DNA of 60,185 nucleotides from a virus (Duplodnaviria; Caudoviricetes): IMG/VR virus record IMGVR_UViG_3300036766_000363, positions 1 to 60,185 of that record; one strand, 5' to 3'. Shown piece by piece: positions 18,021 to 26,610 of this stretch (position 1 is its first letter; each line of letters starts with the position of its first letter). The notes under the pieces were generated by a model. It saw only the letters and a program-made list of their open reading frames with translations, ran no database searches and was not told where the DNA came from. The position numbers and the translations under genes were made by a program.

Positions 18021-18606
18021 ATGCCAGCCTTTCCACCCCGAATAGGGGGAGATCCTTCGTTGTCATCTTGCCCTCGTAGCCTGTCCAGCCAGTCCGGCCG
18101 GGCAACCGCCACAAGAACTTCTTCATCGGCTTGCCTTCCGCCGTCACTTGCGAGCGACTGTGCCATCTTGATTTTTGGGCGATTAACTCTCCCGCCTGTG
18201 ATCGGTAGTCGTACAGGTCCACCATCTCCCAGTTGTCCGTCGTCACATCCATAGGCGCAGGGGATAAAGGCGTGTGCTTCGTGGTAGGAGTCGGCATCTG
18301 GATAGACGAGGGCGATAGCGTCTTTACTGAAGTACGGCTCACTCCAATGCGGCGTGGAGGCGTCGAAGATGATGGGTTCGTCGAGGCCGCCGCCGATCCT
18401 TGGCCCCCGCCTCCACCTTTTCGTAGCGCGTAGATAACATCTTTGAAGGAACATCCTACCATACATTCCAGTACCCCTTTCTGACTGAGGCCCAGCGACC
18501 TGATTCGATCAGTATGGCTTGGGCAGTAGCTCATCACCCATGCGCCGGTCTTCTTGGGCCGGTCAAGCAGGGGGAATATCTCTTCGTAACTGGCGTTGTC
18601 GCTCAT
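17998..18606 (-). CDS. Primase-helicase, N-terminal part (Zn-finger plus primase core)
   Basis: CPSHxD..SL...CxxGC zinc finger, YDYR..G....KxR, KKF, LPLFG; TAATG-coupled start. Confidence 0.85.
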   Translation of the reverse strand: MSDNASYEEIFPLLDRPKKTGAWVMSYCPSHTDRIRSLGLSQKGVLECMVGCSFKDVIYALRKGGGGGQGSAAASTNPSSSTPPRRIGVSRTSVKTLSPSSIQMPTPTTKHTPLSPAPMDVTTDNWEMVDLYDYRSQAGELIAQKSRWHSRSQVTAEGKPMKKFLWRLPGRTGWTGYEGKMTTKDLPLFGVERLAYDPPLLV

Positions 18607-19036
18607 TAGAAATACCACTCCGAGCAGTCGTGTTCGGCCAATTCCTTGGGGGCAGCACGAAGGCAGGTAGGGCAAACATACATGCGGCGAAGGCGAAGGC
18701 GGTGGGCCTTGCCAGCATCGTTGTGAATCCAGTTGCACTCGGCTTCATCAAGGGGTTGCCATGTCGAGGCAATAGGGCACCAGCGGACGAGTTGCGTTGG
18801 CACGTATACCTTGCTCACTCAGGTTCCCTTTCTCATGGCCCCTCAAGGGCCGTCTCTGGGGGGGTATGTCCACACCAAGGACACCCAGCGTAGGTTGTTC
18901 CCATGTTCAACTGTCCGCGACGGAACTTTATTCTACCCGCCTTCGGGCAATTATGAAAGACGCGGAAACGGGTGAACCGCCACTCCTCGGGAGGGTCGGG
19001 GAATGATTGCTGGTCGGCTGACGTAAGATGCTTCAC
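18606..19036 (-). CDS. Two small Cys-rich ORFs (18606-18818 and 18833-19036)
   Basis: CxxC motifs; translationally coupled. Confidence 0.6.
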
Positions 19037-20379
19037 GGGCGCTCCCAGAGAGTGCGAAACGCCAGCGCCGCTTGCATCGGCACTACTCCGTTTCCCGTGA
19101 GGCGGAGCCGAGCGGCGCGAGAGAGGTCCATCCCGGCTCCCAGTTCATCAGCCACTCGACGAACCGGGGATTGAGGGAGCGCCGGGGCGAGGTCGGGTCG
19201 GGCGGCGAGGATTCGTCCCCAGGCGGCAGTGTCGCCGGGGCCGGGTGGGAACGGACTGCTTGGACGACAAGCAGTCCGTTCGTTGGGACGTTCTCCGAAG
19301 GGTCGCTCCCGTCCTTCCAGTCGCGAGAGGTGGGCGTCATCCACCGCGCCTGTTGATCCAGCCCCTGTTCGTCCTTCCGTTCCCCGCTGTCCGAGGCCGG
19401 TGCCTGCCAGAGTGCCGTATCTATCGCCAGGTTCGACCCGCTCTTTGGCCTGTCCTTCCATCGCTGGGCGTACTCCGGGTCGGTCGTCCTGCTCATGTTG
19501 TCGTCCGCCGTCTGTGGCGTCGCCCACATCGCCACCTTGTGGTGAAGGCTGACCGCATGGCTGCCCTTCGCTTCGGCCCGCAGGTTCGCCCCCTCCCGGT
19601 CGTTCTGTGTGTCCGGCGTCGGCCAGGTCATAGCCGTGCGAGCTAATCCCGCTGACCCTTCGTTCCCAGTTTTGCCTGACACTTTGCGTAGATTGCCACT
19701 CGGGTTCCTGTGAAATGAATCGTTCTTGGACATCACTTCGGACGCTGGCGAAGCCTCTGGCGTCGGCCACATCTTCGCCGCGCCATCCAGCGGCGTGTAG
19801 CCCGGCTGGTTGTTCGATTCCTTCCCCCTCGCGTAGCCCTGCGCGGTGGGCCAGGATGAAGAGCCGTTCCCTGCGATGGGGCGCGCCGACTTCCGCCGCG
19901 CTAAAGAGTCCTTCCGTAACGCGGAAACCCAGTTCTTCCAACTCGTCCCGTACCATTTCATAGGCGTATCGTCCGTCAGGGGTTCGGACGTTGAGGAGTC
20001 CGGGGACGTTTTCCAGAAAGACGATTGAAGGGGCGGCTTCTTCGATGACCCTGCGGACGTGGGGCCAGAGATGACGGGGGTCGTCGGTGCCGCGCTGTTT
20101 CCCGGCGACAGAGAAGGGCTGGCAGGGGAATCCGGCAGTGATGAGATCCACTTTGCCACGCCAAGGGAGGCCATCGAAGGTTCGCAAATCAGTCCAGATC
20201 GGCGCGTCATCCAGGGCACCGTCTTCAATACGCGCCGCCAAGACTTCGCAGGCAGCGGCTTCGTGTTCCACGAAGCAGACAATGTGAGTCCCTGGCAAAG
20301 CCAACCTGATTCCGAGGTCAAGTCCTCCCGCTCCTGAACAGAGAGAAATGCTTTTGATGTCTGAGGTATGTAGTACCAC
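19033..20379 (-). CDS. dcm: C5-cytosine methyltransferase, alpha chain (motifs I-VIII and X)
   Basis: SLCSGAGG, AGFPCQPFS, FLENVPG, PHRRER, RLRLTGNGVV; no motif IX in this frame. Confidence 0.93.
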   Translation of the reverse strand: MVLHTSDIKSISLCSGAGGLDLGIRLALPGTHIVCFVEHEAAACEVLAARIEDGALDDAPIWTDLRTFDGLPWRGKVDLITAGFPCQPFSVAGKQRGTDDPRHLWPHVRRVIEEAAPSIVFLENVPGLLNVRTPDGRYAYEMVRDELEELGFRVTEGLFSAAEVGAPHRRERLFILAHRAGLREGEGIEQPAGLHAAGWRGEDVADARGFASVRSDVQERFISQEPEWQSTQSVRQNWERRVSGISSHGYDLADAGHTERPGGGEPAGRSEGQPCGQPSPQGGDVGDATDGGRQHEQDDRPGVRPAMEGQAKERVEPGDRYGTLAGTGLGQRGTEGRTGAGSTGAVDDAHLSRLEGRERPFGERPNERTACRPSSPFPPGPGDTAAWGRILAARPDLAPALPQSPVRRVADELGAGMDLSRAARLRLTGNGVVPMQAALAFRTLWERP

Positions 20380-20381
20380 AA
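19083..20381 (-). CDS. Overlapping alternate-frame protein, putative MTase beta chain (WPTP repeats plus motif IX)
   Basis: Over 430 open codons; repeated W-P/A/M-T-P units; LNPRFVEWLMNWEPGWT. Confidence 0.75.
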   Translation of the reverse strand: MWYYIPQTSKAFLSVQEREDLTSESGWLCQGLTLSASWNTKPLPAKSWRRVLKTVPWMTRRSGLICEPSMASLGVAKWISSLPDSPASPSLSPGNSAAPTTPVISGPTSAGSSKKPPLQSSFWKTSPDSSTSEPLTDDTPMKWYGTSWKNWVSALRKDSLARRKSARPIAGNGSSSWPTAQGYARGKESNNQPGYTPLDGAAKMWPTPEASPASEVMSKNDSFHRNPSGNLRKVSGKTGNEGSAGLARTAMTWPTPDTQNDREGANLRAEAKGSHAVSLHHKVAMWATPQTADDNMSRTTDPEYAQRWKDRPKSGSNLAIDTALWQAPASDSGERKDEQGLDQQARWMTPTSRDWKDGSDPSENVPTNGLLVVQAVRSHPAPATLPPGDESSPPDPTSPRRSLNPRFVEWLMNWEPGWTSLAPLGSASRETE

Positions 20382-20503
20382 GTTAGTACCTCTGCTTTGT
20401 GATAAGATTATGGAGATGAGCGCCAAAATCAATGATGGCCTGACTGCCAATCAACGGTACTGCGGGTCGGGGAATGATTGCTGGTCGCTGCTGGTAAGGT
20501 GCT

Positions 20504-21031
20504 TCAAAAGAGACGGGGCATCTTTCGTTCGGCGACACAGATGGTGTCGTTATGGGCGCCGCCGTGGGCAATCAGTAGAATCTCCTCGATCTCGTAGCCC
20601 CGGCCCTTCCCGAACCCAGCAGAGTTCCAGCCGAAGGACAGGGCAATGCCGCCGGGCCTTAAAAGGCCATCCAGTCCGTCCCGCACAGCTTTGTATAGGC
20701 GAGCGTTTTGGGTTTCCTCGGTGCCTGCCTTGCTTCCAATTTGGGCGTAGACCTCGCTGATCTGCCGAGGGGAGTAGGGAGGGTCGAACAGGGCAGCGTC
20801 AGCAACGAGTCCGTCCGTCACCAACGTACGGCAAAAAGCCACCGCCTCCATATGGTACTGGGCCTTGGTTTCCGGGTTGAGATCGTTCGTCACGGTCCCA
20901 AGAAGTGAGTCCCGCGCGAACGGATCAATAATGACCCCATCGTGCGGGAGCCAGCGGGCACAGAACGCGGCTATAGGGGGGATTGAGAATGTATTCGGGC
21001 TTGGCATTGCCCACACGCGAGACATCTTCAT
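20504..21031 (-). CDS. Small adenine-specific DNA methyltransferase
   Basis: IDPFA, FDPPYS, HGGAHND motifs. Confidence 0.85.
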   Translation of the reverse strand: MKMSRVWAMPSPNTFSIPPIAAFCARWLPHDGVIIDPFARDSLLGTVTNDLNPETKAQYHMEAVAFCRTLVTDGLVADAALFDPPYSPRQISEVYAQIGSKAGTEETQNARLYKAVRDGLDGLLRPGGIALSFGWNSAGFGKGRGYEIEEILLIAHGGAHNDTICVAERKMPRLF

Positions 21032-21408
21032 TCTGCGGCCCACTTCTCTAGCAGTTCCGCGATCTCGTCCCATTGCTTTGGCTTCCATAGAAACACGCTT
21101 GCCCCTGCGTCCCGTAGCATGGCGATCCATGCCTCTTGTTCAGGGCGTATGCGTCCTTTGTTTGCCTTCAACTCCACGAAGACGACTCTCCCATGCCCAA
21201 CCATCACCAGGTCAGGGAACCCCGCCCCATCGGCCTGTACGGGCGTCTGGTAGGACACGGAGCCATTGGCCCGCTGGACCCGGACGGTACGAAAGTGAGC
21301 AACGGTGAAGCCGAGGCCGTGGGCCAGGGCAATGACGTTCCCTTGGAAGCCCGCCTCACTCCATGCGTTGCGGATGTCCTGTATCTCTTGAATGGGGGGC
21401 AACTTCAT
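21028..21408 (-). CDS. VRR-NUC nuclease
   Basis: GFPDL, FVELK..GR..PEQ..W. Confidence 0.9.
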   Translation of the reverse strand: MKLPPIQEIQDIRNAWSEAGFQGNVIALAHGLGFTVAHFRTVRVQRANGSVSYQTPVQADGAGFPDLVMVGHGRVVFVELKANKGRIRPEQEAWIAMLRDAGASVFLWKPKQWDEIAELLEKWAAE

Positions 21409-22047
21409 CGCAGCTTCTTTCTTCGGAGCATCGTGTTGATCCGCACCTTGCGCCATTCGCGCCTACAGATCCTACATTGCCAGCGGTTCTCTCGCAAGGG
21501 AAAGGACTCGTTCTCGCAAATATGAGTGCCGTAGCCGGGCACTACAATGGATGTGTCCGTTGTCGTTGGCTTCTCTTTACCGGAATTCATTAGCCGTGTC
21601 ACCCTTTGCAGTAGAGTTTGTGTCATAGGGGTTCTCCTTCGACTAAACCCACGCGCGCGATGGCGGGAAATTTTCAGATTTCAGTGCCACGCATTATCAA
21701 TGGTCTCTTTCACGGCTTCGTAGAGGCGTTTCAGAGCTAAGTTGGAGCCGATGAGCTTGTCGTAGTGGTCCCGTTCGTGACAGTTGGCTGCGGCTATGAC
21801 GCGCCGTTCGGCTACTGCCATGGTCTGCCCCCCCGGTAGCGGAGGGAATGAAGTCGAACTCTGCGATGGCCGGGCGAATGTGGACAATCCCTGCATTCCA
21901 TCCTGCCGCCCGCAGTTCCTTCCTGATCCGTGCGTTCTCATCGCGCAGGGCCTTGCGTTCCGCCTTCCGCGCCGCGCGCTGGTATTCCTTTTCCATGCGT
22001 CGGCCCTCTTGGATTTTCATCCACCGTGGGATGTTCTCATCGTTCAT
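21405..22047 (-). CDS. Small hypothetical ORFs
   Basis: Coupled ORFs 21405-21626, 21681-21820 and one starting at 22047. Confidence 0.45.
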
Positions 22048-22448
22048 TGGATTCCCTCCGGCTTATTTCGTTTGCCCTTGCCGACCCCGTGCCCGCGTTC
22101 ACGGAGGAGTTGCCCGACTCTTGAAATGGACAGCCCCACTTCCTGTCCGATGGCAACCTGGCTCCGTCCCTGCTTGAACAGGGTAAGGATTGTGTTGATC
22201 TGCCTGTCCGACCGCCCCCATTCGTTCTGTAGCGACTTCTCACGGAGCGCCTTGAGCCGAGGGGACACGGCCCTCCCCGCCTGCTCGGTGAGGCGGATGG
22301 CCTGTCCGATGCGAGTTGTCCCTTCCGCGCCCAGATCCTCAACACAGACGACCAGGGGGCAGTTCAGGCAAGAGTGGTGGATGATGCATCCTTCGTCAGC
22401 GTACCCGCCTGGGCCGAACACCATCATGGGAATGGGGTCGTCAATCAC
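22044..22448 (-). CDS. Cys-motif plus C-terminal HTH (sigma region 4-like) regulator
   Basis: DEGCxxxxSCLNCPLxxC; SQVAIGQEVGLSISRVGQLL. Confidence 0.75.
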   Translation of the reverse strand: MIDDPIPMMVFGPGGYADEGCIIHHSCLNCPLVVCVEDLGAEGTTRIGQAIRLTEQAGRAVSPRLKALREKSLQNEWGRSDRQINTILTLFKQGRSQVAIGQEVGLSISRVGQLLRERGHGVGKGKRNKPEGIQ

Positions 22449-23164
22449 TTCTGATATTCTTCGGCGCCGGACAGATGGAGGCGCATCAAGGTGGCGATGA
22501 TCGCTATGTCCCTGAGCGTGTCGGTCATCTTCTCATCTGTGACTCGTGGCTCTCTGCCAGTACCGAGGAGGGACTTGATGCGGAACAGCTTCTCACTGAG
22601 CCGCCCGAACATCCCGACCGCCACCGGCACACCCATCATCCCGGACGAGAACTCGTAGTTTGCCAAGGCGCTCTCGTCTCCAGTGTAGTCGGCCCGCTTG
22701 GCGGCGTGGAGTACACGTATCTCGTCGAGTTCCCGGTCGAAGGCGTCGCCGTGGGTCAGGTAGTGGCGGTGGAGGATGCCGGGGAGACCCGCATCACGGA
22801 CATCGGGGTTCAGGACGAACTCAGACAGCCAGTGGAAGTAGTCAGATGACGCCGTTGGTATGGACCAGTTGGCTCGTTCATCGTGGGTCAGGAAGTACAC
22901 AAGCGTTTCCATCGTCGCGCCGTTCGACTTCTCCCAGCCCTCAAGCAAGTGCAGGGACGCTGCCTCAACCACCTGTGGGATGGCAGCCTTGAAGTATTCG
23001 TGACGCGGGAGCGTCGTGTCGCCGCCGTGGTTCTCGGCGGGGCTGACAGGGGTGGCCCCGTAGGAACGGATGTTCTCTGCCTCTTTGGCGAAGGCGGGGT
23101 AGTTGAAGTCGGGAATTCCTGTCATCGGCCCCGCGATGTAGACCGTTTGTTCATTAGTCGTCAA
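22445..23164 (-). CDS. DUF4406 plus DUF1599 (nucleotide-modification-associated) fusion
   Basis: VYIAGPMTG..FNYPAF, GWEKSxGA; KxxDY..RLSEKxxR..DTLxD. Confidence 0.8.
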   Translation of the reverse strand: MTTNEQTVYIAGPMTGIPDFNYPAFAKEAENIRSYGATPVSPAENHGGDTTLPRHEYFKAAIPQVVEAASLHLLEGWEKSNGATMETLVYFLTHDERANWSIPTASSDYFHWLSEFVLNPDVRDAGLPGILHRHYLTHGDAFDRELDEIRVLHAAKRADYTGDESALANYEFSSGMMGVPVAVGMFGRLSEKLFRIKSLLGTGREPRVTDEKMTDTLRDIAIIATLMRLHLSGAEEYQK

Positions 23165-24270
23165 TGTACTTGTTCCAGTTCTTCATCAGTTCCCTCCTGT
23201 ATTGTGCGGGGAGTCGATGCCCAAGGTGCCACCAGTGACAGGTCGGGCACTCGTAAACATCAACCCCCGCCTTTCGCTTCTGTGCCATGAGCGCATGGTA
23301 GGCCGCGCCCCTGGTGAGGTACGGCATCTTCCAGCAGTCATTCCCCTTCATTCTTCGGCAGCCACATCCACCGTGGATAACCTGAGTCCATGTCCGCTAT
23401 CCGCCACTCCATCCCAGCCGCCGTTCGTTCTGCGATGGCCCGTTCAATGGCGTCCGGCCCCGTGTAGTGCCCATCAAACGGCTCGTAGGGGCCACCGTAG
23501 TTCGGGTTGGCGTATTCGTAGGTCGTCCCGCCCTCGGGGGGCATGTTGGATGTGACCTTTGTCTTGGGAGTTGCTTTAGCCATCTCGTTCCTACCTTTCT
23601 GCTTGGTGGTAGCCGTTGTTCCGAGCAACCTTGCTTGCGTAGCTGCGCGAGCAGCCGATGTCGTGGGCAACCCTGGCGATGGCCCCACGGGGCAGAGCAA
23701 ACGCCGGGTTCGGGTAGTCTAGGGTGAGCAGGGCCATGATGTCAAGCGCGCAGTCCCCACGGTGGCGCTCATGGTGCTCGCTGGGGTGGCGGTCAGCCCA
23801 TGTGTAAATCGTCCTGCCGCGCTGCCCCTCGGTATAGTGGGACAGCCAGTGCCAGAAATCTCTAACCTTCTTCATGGAATCCGTACCTTTCTAGTTCTGT
23901 TAGGCGTTGCCGAGAGGGGTAACTACGCCGGTAGACGTGCTTCTCCTCTGGCCCGGCTGAGTCGTAAATGCGGACGTGGCCGCACTTCTTACAGGTGCCC
24001 TCGACGATTGGCCCGTCAGGGGTGGTGATGATTTCATGGTGGGGCGGGCACTTTTCAGACATCGTTACGCATCTTGTCGAAGAAGTGGCGGGGGAGGTCG
24101 GTCACCATCTCATTGAGGCTTTCGTTCTCGTCGCGGAGTTCGGCAACCAGCCCCTCTAGTTCGTCAACGTAGTCGAGGAGGGCATCGGATTCTTCTTGGG
24201 GAAGCTCTAAGCCGTAGGCGACAAGTTCTCGCAGGTTCGTCCGCCAGGTGGGGTTCGTTACGTCAATCAC
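23154..24270 (-). CDS. Cluster of five small ORFs (including CxxHH...GxCKKCG protein 23862-24062)
   Basis: Overlapping start/stop coupling. Confidence 0.55.
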
Positions 24271-25028
24271 TATTTGCGCCCCAATCCACAGCGATCAAAA
24301 TAACCACACCACCTCTTCGAGCACAGAGTTGACGTGGGGTTCGGGGGGAAATTGCCCGCCAGGACAGCGTTCGCCACGTCCTTCACGGCGCCCTCGTACC
24401 AATCAATCTGCGCCTCGGTCCGGTCGGTCTGGACAATCTCTGCCTTCCTGGCCTTCCCCGAATCAATGAGCCGATAGAACCCGAAGTCGATGGCATGGCC
24501 CTTCAAATAGGCGTAGGCGTGGGCCTGCATGTCCTTGTCAGCAGCCTCCTGCCCCATGCCCCGGCCACCCGTCTTCACGTCACCAACCTTCGTGGGGCTG
24601 GTCTCGAAGTCCAAGAACCCTACGAAGTCGATGCCATCCTGTACCTCACGATGCAACTCCACCTGGACATCGGTCGGCTGGATGAGCGGGGCGTGGACGC
24701 GCATGTGGAGGGCGGTGAGTCCAATCGAGGAGTCCTTGATGAAGCCGGGGTCATCCTCCCGCCAGTCCACCTGCGACTCGCCACCTGCCCTGTCGATTGC
24801 TTCGTCGAAGGACGCGGCGGCTACCTCGGTCACTTCGTCCACCGGGAGGTCAGTCCCTGTGTCGAGTTTCTGCGTGAAGTTGTGGGCGGTAGCCCGGTCC
24901 ACCGCTGTGCCTCGAATCAGGGCGGAGCCAGGCGGCGACTTGATGTCGAGAACATAGCGGTAGTAGTACTGCCTGGGGCATCTCTGAAACATGGATACCT
25001 GTGTATGGCTGAGATGGTCGAGGCTCAT
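24270..25028 (-). CDS. PD-(D/E)XK exonuclease (Cas4/RecB-like)
   Basis: HLSxSQ-like start, CPRQYYY, GFLD, DVKT, QxxxY, CSxxWCxYxxxC. Confidence 0.9.
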   Translation of the reverse strand: MSLDHLSHTQVSMFQRCPRQYYYRYVLDIKSPPGSALIRGTAVDRATAHNFTQKLDTGTDLPVDEVTEVAAASFDEAIDRAGGESQVDWREDDPGFIKDSSIGLTALHMRVHAPLIQPTDVQVELHREVQDGIDFVGFLDFETSPTKVGDVKTGGRGMGQEAADKDMQAHAYAYLKGHAIDFGFYRLIDSGKARKAEIVQTDRTEAQIDWYEGAVKDVANAVLAGNFPPNPTSTLCSKRWCGYFDRCGLGRK

Positions 25029-25783
25029 CAGTCCTCCAACGCTGCGGCTTTGCCCACGAGTTCCCCTAGAACCGCCGACACTTTGCGGCCAGGGTTGGCG
25101 GTAAGGCGGCTATCAATGGCGTCGAACAGGAACTCCTCACTCGTAGGCTTCTTGAAGCCAAGCACCTTGGCGATGGACGGGTAGCCCACTTCGTTGGCGT
25201 CGCAGAGGGCGTTCAGGGTGCCAACCCACGGGTACTCGGACTCATCCGTGTCTTCTTCTATTGCCGAAGCGACCACTGCCTCAAGCCGCTTACGCAGGGG
25301 CGTAGGGTTCGCTTCCTTAGGGGCAGTGGCCTTCTTCGCGGCGGCGACAGGGAACGGGACGACGCTCTTGATCTTCGGGCGAACCACACCCTTGTTCTTG
25401 CCGCTCTTGGTCGGCTCGTTCATCACGTTGAGGAGGGCGTACCGCCCGAACCACTCGTCCGTATCTACCTCCATGCCCTCACCCATGTTGAACCCCAGGG
25501 CAACCATCAGTTCATAGCAGTTGGAGTTCTCGGAGAGGACGGGCGGATCAAAGCTCAACCCGGCAGGGATTCTCATCCACTGGCGAAGCTGGACAGGGTT
25601 GCCGGTGCTAGGATCTTCCACGTCGGAAAGTTCCCAGTCGATTGTCCACTGGGGGTATGACTCCTCGTCCCATGTCCCCACGCCCTCTTCGAGTTTGATG
25701 ATCTGAGCGCCGTAGGTCCCATTCTTGACCTGGGGAATCTCGAACTCCCCGCCTCCGATTGAAACACCTGAGTACTTGGTCAT
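25028..25783 (-). CDS. Putative ssDNA-binding / recombination protein
   Basis: GTYxAxI OB-fold-like N-terminus; adjacent to the exonuclease. Confidence 0.55.
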   Translation of the reverse strand: MTKYSGVSIGGGEFEIPQVKNGTYGAQIIKLEEGVGTWDEESYPQWTIDWELSDVEDPSTGNPVQLRQWMRIPAGLSFDPPVLSENSNCYELMVALGFNMGEGMEVDTDEWFGRYALLNVMNEPTKSGKNKGVVRPKIKSVVPFPVAAAKKATAPKEANPTPLRKRLEAVVASAIEEDTDESEYPWVGTLNALCDANEVGYPSIAKVLGFKKPTSEEFLFDAIDSRLTANPGRKVSAVLGELVGKAAALED

Positions 25784-26610
25784 TTAGTTAGTCTCCTTGT
25801 ATCCTTGATTGTTCGATGAGGATGGCCTTGTTGTGCTCGGCATAGCAAGGGTGTGATTTTTCTTTGTCGTCTAGCTCGAACTTCTTTGTGTGGCGGGTTG
25901 AGGGGATGTATGATACCCAGTAAAGCCGGGAACAGTGACGGCAGACTTGCGCCCATCCGCCGGGTGAATGGGACTCCTTCACTTGATAAACTCCGTATAC
26001 TCCTCGAAGCATGTGGCGTGGATGTGGTGGCCCCACTGAGAGACCCAGGCATGTTTGCTGGTGATGGGCTTGAGGCAGAGGCCGCAGGGCCATGTTGTCT
26101 TTGTCACGGGTGGTTCCCGTCGCACTGATCGAATCGCCTGAGTGCAAAGAGAATCAACTTGAGGTCGGCAAGCCCCAGCGCAAGCCGGATATCCTCCTGC
26201 CCCTCGGCAACCGTTGCCTCGATGTCCTTGATAAGATCCGTGAGCAAAACTGCCATATGCTTCCTCTCTTCCTTGGCCCCTCGGGCCGTCCTTTTAGGTG
26301 GTGACTGCGGACCGGAATTGCACCGGCTAGGTCGGCTCCACCGCTGGCAAGGCTTTCGCCCCCGCATCTCCGACTCGTGCCCCTTCGCCCACTTGTGTCA
26401 CTGTCCACGCCGCCGCAATCTCCGTGCCCCACGGTACACGTTCTCATCGTGGGCGTCAAGCCCAGCCGGGGCTTCTTTACCTACGCTTGATGCGCTTCCC
26501 GTGGTGGGCCACAGCCCCAAGGTGGCAGAGCACCACGATGCCGTTCACCAGGGCCAGCAAATGCACTAGTGAAAAACTGAGGTGGAACCATGAGGGGAAG
26601 CGGAAGCGGT

